Assembly: GCA_977017575.1 (NCBI GenBank)
Contig: CDRNVI010000041.1
Coordinates: 409,898 to 473,897 of the forward strand
Direction: 5' to 3'
DNA from: Paramoeba atlantica
Taxonomy: Eukaryota > Protista > Discosea
Length of the DNA: 64,000 nt
The notes under the pieces were generated by a model, which was not told the DNA's origin, did no database searches, and saw only the letters and a list, made by a program, of their open reading frames with translations. The stretch's first letter is position 1; each line of letters begins with the position of its first letter. The position numbers and the translations under genes were made by a program. Of the stretch, positions 1 to 10,343 are shown piece after piece.

Positions 1-1
1 C

Positions 2-1291
2 AATCAGCGCAGAAGATTTATTTCATGGACAAGGGACGATAACGATAGATTAAAATCATATGAACCAAAGGTCCCATTATATCATCCCTCCAAGTATCTT
101 CATAAGGCGCACGAGCCGATGGCTGTGAAGCGGGACTTCACATGCGGGTTTTACCAGATTGGTATCCCGAAGAGGGCGCGGCCCAAATTCCGCCTTAGAA
201 CGAACAGTGGAGACGTGTATGAGATGAACGTCCTCCCGATGGGCCATAGGTGTGCACCGGAGGTTATGCACACGGTTACCGCCGCGATTGCTGGCGAGGC
301 GTCGATTTGTTCTCAGCGCTACTCGTTTCACCGAGGCGCTATCGACGTTTATGTTGACGGAGTTCGGTTTGCAGGAACCGACTCCGAGGCCACCACGTAC
401 GCTCAGTTCATTGACGAGCGTTGCGACAAGGCGAACGGTCTTTTCAAAGATCGGGGTCAGCCCCCTGTAGCACGGTACGTCTTCAATGGGGTGGCGTTCG
501 ACCATAACGCGCATACGGTCTGCCTGGGACCGCGAGTGATCAGGAAACTGCGAGCCGACTCTTTCTTCAACATTTCCTTTGTTGACCTAGAGGCGGTGGT
601 GGGGCGCCTCATTTATGGCTCCGCAGTTCTCCGACTCAATATGCCGCGGTTTTATTTCGCTTTGAAGGTGGCGCAACGGCGTATCAACTTGTTGAACCGT
701 TGCCCGAAGTTATGTGACCGTCCGGTCGCACTCCCTGTCGTCACTCGCTCCATGCTAGCAGAGTGGAGAAACGAGTTGTTGGAGAATGTTCCACGGTCTC
801 CACCTCCCCATCCCGATGTTGTTCCACACAAGCATCGTCTCTACACCGATGCCTCGGTGAAAGGGTGGGGAGCGATTATGTATTTAGACAGCGGAGAGGT
901 TTTGATTACGGGAGAGGCGTGGCCTGAGTCATCCTCGTATGAGGTGAATCGTGCGGAAGCTGCAGCAGTCCGCTTAGCCCTCGAGAAGTTTTCCGCGCAT
1001 TGCCCCCGTGGAACCTGCTTGGATGTTTTTGTTGATAACACCTCCTGTCAGGCTGCACTGAACAGGAGGATCTCCAAGTCAGAGGGGGTTTCAATGGAAT
1101 TGCGCGAAGTCCTGCGACTGACAGAGGAGAAAGGTATTTGTGTCAAGGCAGCGTATATATCCACGGATGAGAACCCGGCGGATGCTGTCAGTCGCGGGAA
1201 GGATATTGAGATGGAGAAGGTCAAGAGATATGAAGGTAAGATCGAGAGAGACATTAGTGATGTAGACAGTCATATTCAGAGAAAACCCTAA
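2..1291 (+). CDS. Reverse transcriptase-RNase H of YR retrotransposon (5' partial, frame open from window start)
   Basis: Motifs KRDFTCGFYQI, LPMGH, YVDG; RNase H LYTDAS..GWGA, EAAAV, FVDNTS, NPADAVSR. Confidence 0.9.
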   Translation, partial: NQRRRFISWTRDDNDRLKSYEPKVPLYHPSKYLHKAHEPMAVKRDFTCGFYQIGIPKRARPKFRLRTNSGDVYEMNVLPMGHRCAPEVMHTVTAAIAGEASICSQRYSFHRGAIDVYVDGVRFAGTDSEATTYAQFIDERCDKANGLFKDRGQPPVARYVFNGVAFDHNAHTVCLGPRVIRKLRADSFFNISFVDLEAVVGRLIYGSAVLRLNMPRFYFALKVAQRRINLLNRCPKLCDRPVALPVVTRSMLAEWRNELLENVPRSPPPHPDVVPHKHRLYTDASVKGWGAIMYLDSGEVLITGEAWPESSSYEVNRAEAAAVRLALEKFSAHCPRGTCLDVFVDNTSCQAALNRRISKSEGVSMELREVLRLTEEKGICVKAAYISTDENPADAVSRGKDIEMEKVKRYEGKIERDISDVDSHIQRKP

Positions 1292-1310
1292 GGGACAGGA
1301 TCACCAAATA

Positions 1311-1392
1311 CAAAAAAAAAAGACAAGAAAAAAAGAAAAAAAAACAAAGACAAAAAAACAAAGACAAAAAAACAAAGACAAAAAAACAAAGA

Positions 1393-1426
<34 letters not shown>
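1311..1426 (+). repeat. A-rich tract with (CAAAGACAAAAAAA)n inside YR family 1 3' region
   Basis: Directly visible; similar tracts at about 5441-5559 and from 31488. Confidence 0.9.
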
Positions 1427-1427
<1 letters not shown>

Positions 1428-1868
1428 CGGACGGGGTGCTGGGGTATGGAGGTTGTCCCTATAATTTTGGAAGGTTATGGATGTTAATCGGTTAACAGGT
1501 CTTTATTCTCACTCCTTGTTTTTTCGGAAGCAAGGTTCCCCAATGTGAGGTAGGGATGAGTAAAGGTTTCCTTTGCACTACGGTTAGCGCCTTAATGTTT
1601 TTAGCCGCGTCACTGTTGACACGGCCCTACGCATCACGCCTAGTTGCTCCACACTTCTAGGTACACAAGTTGGTCTAGGGCAGAGGATAAAAACGTAACC
1701 TGCGTAGCTCGTGTGAGCTTGTAAAGGGCGTGGCAGTGGACTGGTCATCTATTGCTATCGTTATCCTTTTGTGAGTTCTGGGATGGTATATGAAAAATTA
1801 TTTTACTATGTGATTGGGCATTTCTTTTGTTTATTTATATTGATTGTGTGACGTGTGTGTGGGCAGGT

Positions 1869-2520
1869 TGGCCGAGGGTTCCGGTGGGGGGGAACCCCGT
1901 TAACAACGTGACATATGATTTTTGGTTTTATGCAGGCTTTCTTTTGAACGAGGTATAAGCGTGTGAATTCTATCTACTATACGTTCTTGGATTTCGGGAC
2001 GATTTCGCTGTGTGATTATATTAGTCATAGTTGTTTACTTATATTTGTTTGTTTACGTATATGTTTTCATGGAGCCCCTCGGCGTGGATTTCTAATAGTC
2101 CACGTTTTGAAATTTAGCCGAGGGGTTGTTATGTATTTGCCTGCTGGCCCTTCGGGGCACATAATTTCTTCAAATTATGATTTGTGTTCTATAATTACAT
2201 GGATTGGATATTCTACTATTTCTTATATATCCTTGTTAGGTTGTTAGTCGTACTACGTTTAAGTTTTTGTGCCCACCCACCAAGCCCCCAGCCATTTGGC
2301 CGAGGGTTCCGGTGGGGGGGAACCCCGTTAACAACGTGACATATGATTTTTGGTTTTATGCAGGCTTTCTTTTGAACGAGGTATAAGCGTGTGAATTCTA
2401 TCTACTATACGTTCTTGGATTTCGGGACGATTTCGCTGTGTGATTATATTAGTCATAGTTGTTTACTTATATTTGTTTGTTTACGTATATGTTTTCATGG
2501 AGCCCCTCGGCGTGGATTTC
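1869..2520 (+). repeat. Split direct repeats B1 (1869-2092), A2 (2093-2270), C-rich linker, B2 (2297-2520)
   Basis: Two 224-bp B copies flank an A copy matching the 5' terminus of the family-1 element at 27025-27202. Confidence 0.9.
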
Positions 2521-5420
2521 CACTAGGAAATGCCCCCCACCCCAATTACTGCTCGTGCCCGTCGTCCCAGGCGACGACGGGTGGATATTCTTACCCCCGT
2601 TTCCTCCCCGTCTCTCCGCCAGCGCGAAAGACGGCCACGCGTGCGTGGCACTACTCCTCCTCCCCGCCCTCTCTCCCCGTTACGTCTAAGGCGCAGAAGC
2701 GTCTCCCTCCCAATCCGTCCTCTACCCCGGCTTCCCGTTCCCGTTTACACCGCCGCCAAGACCGCCGCCGCCAAAACCGCTGCCGTCGTAACCGCCGACG
2801 CCGCGCAGCCTCCAGGAGGACGCCGCCAGGAGCTGCTGAGGGCGATTCTTCGAATGCCCCCCGAGGACCCGCGCGCCACTCAATTGGGCGAGGCGCTCCA
2901 GCCCATGTGGGCAACGGCCACGTGGGCCACAAGGGAGCGACTGTGGTTCCGCCTGCGCGAGTATTGCCAGGCGAAGGGAATCACCGCGAATCCTGCAAAC
3001 GCGGTGCTCTTCCTGGAGACTCTGCCTCTCGCTACCTCGACGCGCATGGGGTACGCAGGGGCATTGAGGACTCTGTTCGAGCTCATGGGAATCGAAGGTA
3101 CCCCATTGAGTCTCTACGTAAAGGCCCTGCAAGCGCAGGGGGGTCTAGAACCCACGCGGCAGATGCTACCAATCACGCCACTTCTTCTAAAGAAGCTGAG
3201 ACGTCATCTCGACGTAAAGGAGAGCATGTGTTGCCTCCTGTGTTGGAAAGCCGCTGCGAGATGGACCGAGACCGCCGACCTGAGGCGGGAGCAGTTTGTG
3301 AGTGTGGCCAGTCACGAGGTAGTCATTTATTGGGGCAGGGGGACCAAGACAACCCGTCTGAATCCTTACCGGCCGTACCTCTACGCGATAGTGACTGGAC
3401 CGGGGACACCCGAACTGGCTCAGTTTGTGGGAAGTTTGAGACCAGGCCAGCGCCTGTGTTACACGACGGTCCGGGAGATGGACCACAGGATGAATCAACT
3501 TCTCGGTCCGGGGTATGGAACACATTCCATAAAAAGAGGTGCAATTACTTACCTATTCCACGAGATCTCCCTCGGGAATCTCAGGATGGAGGACGTCCAG
3601 AACCTCACGAAACACCTCAACGTCGAATCACTGTTGCGCTACAACGCAAGCAGTATTACAACGGCAAGGGCTCTCGGGACGCAGAGAGTCTCAGCACGTC
3701 TCCCAGTGCTGTAACCTCGGAGCACGTGGCAAAGTGCTTCGAGGAAGTGCCTTACCTTCGCAGGCACTCCGTTGTTTGTGCACGCCGCTCTTCACGGCTA
3801 GCCAAGGCACACGACGCTCACCTACCTTTGCACGTTAAGAAGTCGATACCTGTTATCCATTTGGATCAGGTTAAGGAGTGGATGAGTCTGTCAGCTGCCA
3901 CTCGTTTTCGCAAGGTAGTGGATGAATTATTATGGGTACCTAAAGCCCCGTACCCCGAACCTAGTGTGAAAGGTTCATTGCCTGAGGCGGACGTCCGATT
4001 GTTGGAGGACGCAGGCATAATCTCCAAGGTCCCGGCGCAGGAGTTGAGAAAGCGCCCATCGATGCAGTTCATGATTCCCTTCACGGTTGTGGAGACCGAT
4101 GATCAGGGCAATCAGCGCAGAAGGTTTATTTCGTGGACACGGGACGATAATGATAGACTTAAAGGATATGAACCACAGGTCCCTTTATATCATCCCTCCA
4201 AGTACCTTCATAAGGCGCACGAGCCGATGGCTGTGAAGCGGGACTTCACATGCGGGTTTTACCAGATTGGTATCCCGAAGAGGGCGCGGCCCAAATTCCG
4301 CCTTAGAACGAACAGTGGAGACGTGTTTGAGATGAACGTCCTCCCGATGGGCCATAGGTGTGCACCGGAGGTTATGCACACGGTTACCGCCGCGATTGCT
4401 GGCGAGGCGTCGATTTGTTTTCAGCGCTACTCGTTTCACCGAGGCGCTATCGACGTTTATGTTGACGGAGTTCGGTTTGCAGGAACCGACTCCGAGGCCA
4501 CCACGTACGCTCAGTTCATTGACGAGCGTTGCGACAAGGCGAACGGTCTTTTCAAAGATCGGGGTCAGCCCCCTGTAGCACAGTACGTGTTCAATGGGGT
4601 GGCGTTCGACCATAACGCGCATACGGTCTGCCTGGGACCGCGAGTGATCAGGAAACTGCGAGCCGACTCTTTCTTCAACATTTCCTTTGTTGACCTAGAG
4701 GCGGTGGTGGGGCGCCTCATTTATGGCTCCGCAGTTCTCCGGCTCAATATGCCGCGATTTTATTTCGCTTTGAAGGTGGCGCAACGGCGTATCAACTTGT
4801 TGAACCGTTGCCCGAAGTTATGTGACCGTCCGGTCGCACTCCCTGTCGTCACTCGCTCCATGCTAGCAGAGTGGAGAAACGAGTTGTTGGAGAATGTTCC
4901 ACGGTCTCCACCTCCCCACCCCGATGTTGTTCCACACAAGCATCGTCTCTACACCGATGCCTCGGTGAAAGGGTGGGGAGCGATTATGTATTTAGACAGC
5001 GGAGAGGTTTTGATTACGGGAGAGGCGTGGCCTGAGTCATCCTCGTATGAGGTGAACCGTGCGGAAGCTGCAGCAGTCCGCTTAGCCCTCGAGAAGTTTT
5101 CCGCGCATTGCCCCCGTGGAACCTGCTTGGATGTTTTTGTTGACAACACCTCCTGTCAGGCTGCACTGAACAGGAGGATCTCCAAGTCAGAGGGGGTTTC
5201 AATGGAATTGCGCGAAGTCCTGCGACTGACAGAGGACAAAGGTATTTGTGTCAAGGCAGCGTACATATCCACGGATGAGAACCCGGCGGATGCTGTCAGT
5301 CGCGGGAAGGAGATTGAGAGAGAGAAGGTTGAGAAATATAAAGGCAACATCGACAAATACAGCGATAATCAGCATCATCATATTGGTAAGCTAGACAGTC
5401 ATATTGAAGGAAAACCCTAG
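2520..5420 (+). CDS. RT-RNase H with a long N-terminal extension overlapping the YR gene
   Basis: Single open frame; RT/RH motifs as in copy 1; the ORF-track start at 2391 lies in repeat B and is a junction artefact. Confidence 0.85.
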   Translation, partial: PLGNAPHPNYCSCPSSQATTGGYSYPRFLPVSPPARKTATRAWHYSSSPPSLPVTSKAQKRLPPNPSSTPASRSRLHRRQDRRRQNRCRRNRRRRAASRRTPPGAAEGDSSNAPRGPARHSIGRGAPAHVGNGHVGHKGATVVPPARVLPGEGNHRESCKRGALPGDSASRYLDAHGVRRGIEDSVRAHGNRRYPIESLRKGPASAGGSRTHAADATNHATSSKEAETSSRRKGEHVLPPVLESRCEMDRDRRPEAGAVCECGQSRGSHLLGQGDQDNPSESLPAVPLRDSDWTGDTRTGSVCGKFETRPAPVLHDGPGDGPQDESTSRSGVWNTFHKKRCNYLPIPRDLPRESQDGGRPEPHETPQRRITVALQRKQYYNGKGSRDAESLSTSPSAVTSEHVAKCFEEVPYLRRHSVVCARRSSRLAKAHDAHLPLHVKKSIPVIHLDQVKEWMSLSAATRFRKVVDELLWVPKAPYPEPSVKGSLPEADVRLLEDAGIISKVPAQELRKRPSMQFMIPFTVVETDDQGNQRRRFISWTRDDNDRLKGYEPQVPLYHPSKYLHKAHEPMAVKRDFTCGFYQIGIPKRARPKFRLRTNSGDVFEMNVLPMGHRCAPEVMHTVTAAIAGEASICFQRYSFHRGAIDVYVDGVRFAGTDSEATTYAQFIDERCDKANGLFKDRGQPPVAQYVFNGVAFDHNAHTVCLGPRVIRKLRADSFFNISFVDLEAVVGRLIYGSAVLRLNMPRFYFALKVAQRRINLLNRCPKLCDRPVALPVVTRSMLAEWRNELLENVPRSPPPHPDVVPHKHRLYTDASVKGWGAIMYLDSGEVLITGEAWPESSSYEVNRAEAAAVRLALEKFSAHCPRGTCLDVFVDNTSCQAALNRRISKSEGVSMELREVLRLTEDKGICVKAAYISTDENPADAVSRGKEIEREKVEKYKGNIDKYSDNQHHHIGKLDSHIEGKP
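2530..3714 (+). CDS. Tyrosine recombinase
   Basis: Catalytic set R (ARWTE), K (GTK), HSIKRG (HxxR), KH, LLRY; near-identical to 28613-29782. Confidence 0.88.
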   Translation: MPPTPITARARRPRRRRVDILTPVSSPSLRQRERRPRVRGTTPPPRPLSPLRLRRRSVSLPIRPLPRLPVPVYTAAKTAAAKTAAVVTADAAQPPGGRRQELLRAILRMPPEDPRATQLGEALQPMWATATWATRERLWFRLREYCQAKGITANPANAVLFLETLPLATSTRMGYAGALRTLFELMGIEGTPLSLYVKALQAQGGLEPTRQMLPITPLLLKKLRRHLDVKESMCCLLCWKAAARWTETADLRREQFVSVASHEVVIYWGRGTKTTRLNPYRPYLYAIVTGPGTPELAQFVGSLRPGQRLCYTTVREMDHRMNQLLGPGYGTHSIKRGAITYLFHEISLGNLRMEDVQNLTKHLNVESLLRYNASSITTARALGTQRVSARLPVL

Positions 5421-5998
5421 GGGACAGGATCACCAAATACAAAAAAAAAAAAAAAAAAAAAAACAAGACAAGAAAAAAAGAAAAAAAACAAAGACAAGAA
5501 AAAAAGGAAAAAAAACAAAGACAAGAAAAAAAGAAAAAAAAAAAAAAAAAAAAAAAAAAGAGAGCGGACGGGGTCCTGGGGTTTGGAGGTTGTCCCTATA
5601 ATTTTGGAAGGTTATGGATGTTAATCGGTTGACAAACTTTATCCTCACGCCTTGGTTTTCGAAAAAAACAAGGTTCCCCAATGTGAGATAAAGGTGAGTA
5701 AAGTTTTCTTTACTCTGCGATTAGCGCCTTAATGTTTTTAACCGCGTCATTGTTGACACGGCCGTACACCACGCCTAGTTGCTCCACACTTCTAGGTCCC
5801 AAGTTGGTATATGGGCAGAGGTTGAAAGCGTAACCTGTGTAGCTCGTGTGAGCTTGTAAAGGGCGTGGTAATGGACTGGTCATCTATTGCTATCGTTATC
5901 CTTTTGTGAGCTCTGCATATTTTGATATTTTCTATCTATTAATATTTGACTACGTGATTGGGCATTTTGCGTTTATTGTGACGTGTGTGTGGGCAGGT

Positions 5999-6633
5999 TG
6001 GCCGAGGGTTCCGGTGGGGGGGAACCCCGTTAACAGAGTGACATTGATTGTGTTGTTTTATGCAGGCTTGTTTCTTTTCCATCTTTGTGCGTGTGAAATG
6101 AATGAATGATATGTTGTGTCATTTTGAATTACGATTGAGCTATTCATAGTTGTTCATTTATTCATATATGTTATCAGTGTATATGTTTCCAGGGAGCCCC
6201 TCGGCGTGGATTTCTAATAGTTCACGTTTTGAAATTTAGCCGAGGGGCGGCTATATATTTGCCTGCTGGCCCTTCGGGGCACATAATTTTCTCAAATTAT
6301 GATGTAGTATTCTCTAATTGCATGGAGGGGGGTGTTTACTCGTTTGTTATATTCTTGTTAGGTTGTTATTTTGTTACGTTTAAAGTTTTGTGCCCACCCA
6401 CCGAGCCCCCAGCCATTTGGCCGAGGGTTCCGGTGGGGGGGAACCCCGTTAACAGAGTGACATTGATTGTGTTGTTTTATGCAGGCTTGTTTCTTTTCCA
6501 TCTTTGTGCGTGTGAAATGAATGAATGATATGTTGTGTCATTTTGAATTACGATTGAGCTATTCATAGTTGTTCATTTATTCATATATGTTATCAGTGTA
6601 TATGTTTCCAGGGAGCCCCTCGGCGTGGATTTC
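5999..6633 (+). repeat. Split direct repeats B1 (5999-6214), A2 (6215-6391), B2 (6418-6633)
   Basis: Two 216-bp B copies ending GGCGTGGATTTC; A begins TAATAG. Confidence 0.9.
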
Positions 6634-6634
6634 A

Positions 6635-8197
6635 TATTTAAAGCGACATTCGTTAATTTGCACACGACGTAGCTCTAAGCTAGCTAAGGAAAAGGATTTC
6701 GCGATTTCGTTGCATGTCAAACCGAATATTCCGAAACTTGATGTTAATAAGGTCCGGAAATGGATGTCCCCAGCTGTTGACACGAGATTTCAAGAAGTAT
6801 GGCAAGAAGCGCTTAAGATGCCCGTACATCCAGAAGAACCTCCTGCGGTTAAAAGCGGACTGTCTTCCTCAGACTTTCAACTACTTGAAAAGCATAATAT
6901 CATTAAGAAACTAACGGCGGAGGACGTTGCTAAGAGACCTTCAATGCAGTACCTTATTCCATTTACGGTGGTAGAATCGAATGATGAAGGGCGACAACGC
7001 AGGCGATTCATTTCCTGGACCAAATCTGATAACACACGTCTTTCTAGTTATGAACCTTTCGTTCCGTTAATGCATCCCGCGAAATATTTGCACCGCGTAA
7101 AAGAAAGTTCGGGAGTGAAGAGAGATTTGGTGTGCGGCTTTTACCAAATATCGATACCAGAAAAATCTCGCCGGAAATTTCGTTTTTTGGACGAAGCAGG
7201 AGAAGTGTACGAGATGTGCGTTCTCCCAATGGGGCACAGATGTGCCCCTGAAATCATGCATTCCATTATGGGGACTATCGCTGGATCAAGTGATTATTGT
7301 TCTAAGCCGGCCACTTTTGATAAGGGCCACATCGATGTATATGTCGATGGAGTTCGTTTTGCTGGTGCGACGCACGAAGCGTTGCGTTATACGACGTGGG
7401 TTGATCGCCGGGCGGAAGGTGTGAACGCAGGATTCAAGGATTCCGGTATGTTGCCTATGAAAAAGTATGTTTTTAATGGGGCACAGTACAACCACAGCAC
7501 GCATAGGGTCAGCCTGGGGCCCAAAGTGTTGCTCAAACTACGCGAAGATTCATTTATGAAGCCGACATTTGTGGAGCTAGAGGCGGCGGTGGGGCGCCTT
7601 TTGTATTGCTCCGCAATCTTAGGACTCATAATCCCCAAATATCATTTCGTATTAAAAATCTGTCAGCGCAGAATAAATTTGCTCAACCGAGTGCCGCATA
7701 TGGCTAATCAAGTCGTGGACCTTCCGTATAAGATTCGTTCTAAGCTGGGAGAATGGCGCAACAAACTGCTTGAAAACGTACCCGTTGAGCCCTCTCCGCA
7801 TCCGGAGTTATCACCGCCGCGTCATAACCTTTATACCGATGCGTCAGCCAAGGGATGGGGGGCGATCTTATATCTCGACAATGGGGAGGTATGTATTGTC
7901 GGAAGTCCGTGGGAGCCGGGGACAGAATATGAAGTCAACAAGGCCGAAGCTCAAGCGGTACGACTCGCACTTGAAAAATTTGCGGACAAATTTGAGCCAC
8001 AGACGTGTCTTCAGTTGTGGATCGATAACACTTCCTGCAAGGCCGCATTCAACAGAAAAATTTGTAAATCAGACGGGATTGCACCAGAGTTGTGCAGTGT
8101 TTTGGAGTGGGCGAAAGAACGACACCTTTGCATCAAAGCGAATTACGTTTCGACAAAGCTCAATCCTGCAGATCATTTTAGTCGGAATTTCGAGTGA
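6635..8197 (+). CDS. RT-RNase H, YR family 2 (5' partial)
   Basis: KRDLVCGFYQI, LPMGH, YVDG, LYTDAS..GWGA, WIDNTS, NPADHFSR. Confidence 0.88.
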   Translation, partial: YLKRHSLICTRRSSKLAKEKDFAISLHVKPNIPKLDVNKVRKWMSPAVDTRFQEVWQEALKMPVHPEEPPAVKSGLSSSDFQLLEKHNIIKKLTAEDVAKRPSMQYLIPFTVVESNDEGRQRRRFISWTKSDNTRLSSYEPFVPLMHPAKYLHRVKESSGVKRDLVCGFYQISIPEKSRRKFRFLDEAGEVYEMCVLPMGHRCAPEIMHSIMGTIAGSSDYCSKPATFDKGHIDVYVDGVRFAGATHEALRYTTWVDRRAEGVNAGFKDSGMLPMKKYVFNGAQYNHSTHRVSLGPKVLLKLREDSFMKPTFVELEAAVGRLLYCSAILGLIIPKYHFVLKICQRRINLLNRVPHMANQVVDLPYKIRSKLGEWRNKLLENVPVEPSPHPELSPPRHNLYTDASAKGWGAILYLDNGEVCIVGSPWEPGTEYEVNKAEAQAVRLALEKFADKFEPQTCLQLWIDNTSCKAAFNRKICKSDGIAPELCSVLEWAKERHLCIKANYVSTKLNPADHFSRNFE

Positions 8198-8394
8198 CGT
8201 TCATATACATGTAGTTTTAAAAAAAAAAAAAAAAAAAAAAAAATTGTTTTCTTTAGTTCAGAATCTAGGCAGGGCTAGTTCCTCGGAAAAGCGTGTCACG
8301 AAGGTTTGGTCACCCTTTTTGGCATTCTATCATGACAAGCGACATTGGATAAACGCGAGAAAGGAGCTCAATAGCTACGCGTGAGCGGGTTGGA

Positions 8395-9077
8395 GGCTGC
8401 GAGTGTTGGGGGGCTTAGCCCCTTCACATAGTATTTACTTGTTTTATTATTGATTTTAGATTCGGTACCAAGTTATTATCTTATTAGCGTGCGCATTATA
8501 GATCGTAGTATACATGTATTCCTGTTCTATAAAAATATTGTATGTTCAGTGAAAAGAGACAGAAGTGTGTATTTCTGGAATTAGATACTTTATATTGTTT
8601 CTGCTTTATTGAATGTTCGGACGCCTCGCTGCGGATTTCTAATAGTTTACGGTAAGAAATTCAGGCGAGAGCTTATTACGTATAGTTTTACTTATCATTG
8701 AAAATGTGACTGTTGATTGATTGATTTCGTAAATTCATTAGAAAAGTTATTAACGGATGTGTATGTGCTTAGGGACTATTCAAATACAAAATCTACACGT
8801 TTTCGAAGCCCACCCACCCAACCCCCAGCCACGGCTGCGAGTGTTGGGGGGCTTAGCCCCTTCACATAGTATTTACTTGTTTTATTATTGATTTTAGATT
8901 CGGTACCAAGTTATTATCTTATTAGCGTGCGCATTATAGATCGTAGTATACATGTATTCCTGTTCTATAAAAATATTGTATGTTCAGTGAAAAGAGACAG
9001 AAGTGTGTATTTCTGGAATTAGATACTTTATATTGTTTCTGCTTTATTGAATGTTCGGACGCCTCGCTGCGGATTTC
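8395..9077 (+). repeat. Split direct repeats B1 (8395-8639), A2 (from 8640), B2 (8833-9077) of family 2
   Basis: Two 245-bp copies ending GCGGATTTC; TAATAG follows B1. Confidence 0.88.
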
Positions 9078-9244
9078 ATGATAGAAGTTTACGAATAGAA
9101 TTGTTCGAAGGGATTTATACGCCGATAAATGGCCGGCGGGCATTGTACGCTTGTATTTAGAATGATTTGAATATGCAGTTTAGTCCATACGATTATCGCC
9201 TTTATTTGAAGAAGTGTTTTTTCTCCATACAAAACTTTTTGTTT

Positions 9245-10330
9245 ATGCCTTCGTCGCCGCGAGAATCCCCACGTGAAACGCGAAGTTGTTCTCCCGACAT
9301 GGTGCCGGATAATCCGATGGGACGGGAGGAAATGTCAGTGTTGAAGTCAAGGGTTTGCGAGCAACTGCTCTTATCTAAGGAGTCTCATCCAGTTTTGCAT
9401 ATCAAGGCAGTGTGGCGACGAAAAAACGCGGCGACTTCGGCAAAGCGCATGTCTCATGGGAAAGTACGGCGGGAAGGGATGGAGATGTGGGCTGTTTGGG
9501 ATGACGAGCCGGGTAAAGAGTACCCTTTTCCGCATCAGCAGCTCGACTATTTCCGCGTGGATGTGGAGGACATGGGAGTGGTGGAAGGGAGTGGTGGGTT
9601 AGAGTTTATAGAGCTGGAAGGCGGACGGCCCCTGCCTCCCGGTGCACAGCCGGTGGTGCCCACGAGTGGAGTGAAGATTGACCCGTACGAGCCAATTACA
9701 TGGCCGGGGTATATCGACGCCAAACATGATGACGGATTTCGTCTCAGGGACTTATTTCGGGAATTGAAGGAGGCACCCGAATATGGATTGCGTCTAAATC
9801 AGTTTTTCCAGGATAGGTCTTTTCAGAGGCAGCAGGAGCGCAATTTCGATCAACTTCTTGGGAAATGGATTATACTAGCGCGTAAAACTCCAGGATGGAA
9901 TGAGGGTGAATTTCTCGAACTGGGCAAAGCAATCATTCAAAGTCTTCGCGATGCATATTGGAGGGCGTGTAAAGTTGATGTAGAAGCAGTGCATCGCAAA
10001 ATGGATAAGGATGACCGGGCTCACGACAAATTTTTTCAACATGTAACTGACCAATTGAGTGAGCGAGAAAAGTATAGGAACAGGTATGGTGCCACTTTCT
10101 TTGCGGGTCGCGCTGGTACGTTTGCACAATCGGGACCAGGGATCCAATCTACTCGTTCTCAACGTCCGCCATACGGGAATTACGGTCCCTCACCAACGTA
10201 TCGCCAACTTTGTTACAATTGTCGATCACCGGAGCACATAATCAAAGATTGCCCGTACAAACGTAGCTCCCTTCCGGATTTTCGCCAGCGGGCGGCTGGC
10301 AGCGCCTTCCAGGGCGCCAAGACGTTATGA
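9245..10330 (+). CDS. Gag-like protein with CCHC zinc knuckle
   Basis: CYNCRSPEHIIKDC (CX2CX4HX4C); homologous to 27212-28609. Confidence 0.85.
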   Translation: MPSSPRESPRETRSCSPDMVPDNPMGREEMSVLKSRVCEQLLLSKESHPVLHIKAVWRRKNAATSAKRMSHGKVRREGMEMWAVWDDEPGKEYPFPHQQLDYFRVDVEDMGVVEGSGGLEFIELEGGRPLPPGAQPVVPTSGVKIDPYEPITWPGYIDAKHDDGFRLRDLFRELKEAPEYGLRLNQFFQDRSFQRQQERNFDQLLGKWIILARKTPGWNEGEFLELGKAIIQSLRDAYWRACKVDVEAVHRKMDKDDRAHDKFFQHVTDQLSEREKYRNRYGATFFAGRAGTFAQSGPGIQSTRSQRPPYGNYGPSPTYRQLCYNCRSPEHIIKDCPYKRSSLPDFRQRAAGSAFQGAKTL

Positions 10331-10343
10331 AACGCCCGCCCGT
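10276..10343 (+). promoter_or_regulatory. Candidate -1 ribosomal frameshift site (G GAT TTT) with downstream stems
   Basis: In phase with gag; the -1 frame is open into the RT ORF; the same heptamer is at the same place in family 1. Confidence 0.6.

Larger units (their letters stand above)
1..2520 (+). mobile_element. YR (Ngaro/VIPER-like) retrotransposon family 1, copy 1, 3' part (RT/RNaseH, A-rich tract, B1-A2-B2 terminus)
   Basis: RT/RH ORF near-identical to 2520-5420 and 28546-31467; terminal split direct repeats at 1869-2520. Confidence 0.9.
2521..6633 (+). mobile_element. YR retrotransposon family 1, copy 2, lacking A1 and gag
   Basis: Starts at CACTAGGAAATG (equivalent to 28604); YR and RT/RH ORFs intact; B1-A2-B2 at 5999-6633. 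Confidence 0.9.
6634..9077 (+). mobile_element. YR retrotransposon family 2, 5'-truncated (RT/RH, poly(A), B1-A2-B2)
   Basis: RT/RH clearly homologous to but diverged from family 1; own terminal repeats at 8395-9077. Confidence 0.88.

Noticed and set aside
2391-2519. N-terminal part of the 1009-aa ORF (and similar starts at 6569, 9167, 26049)
   Set aside because: These lie in terminal repeats fused in frame by insertion junctions and are not coding
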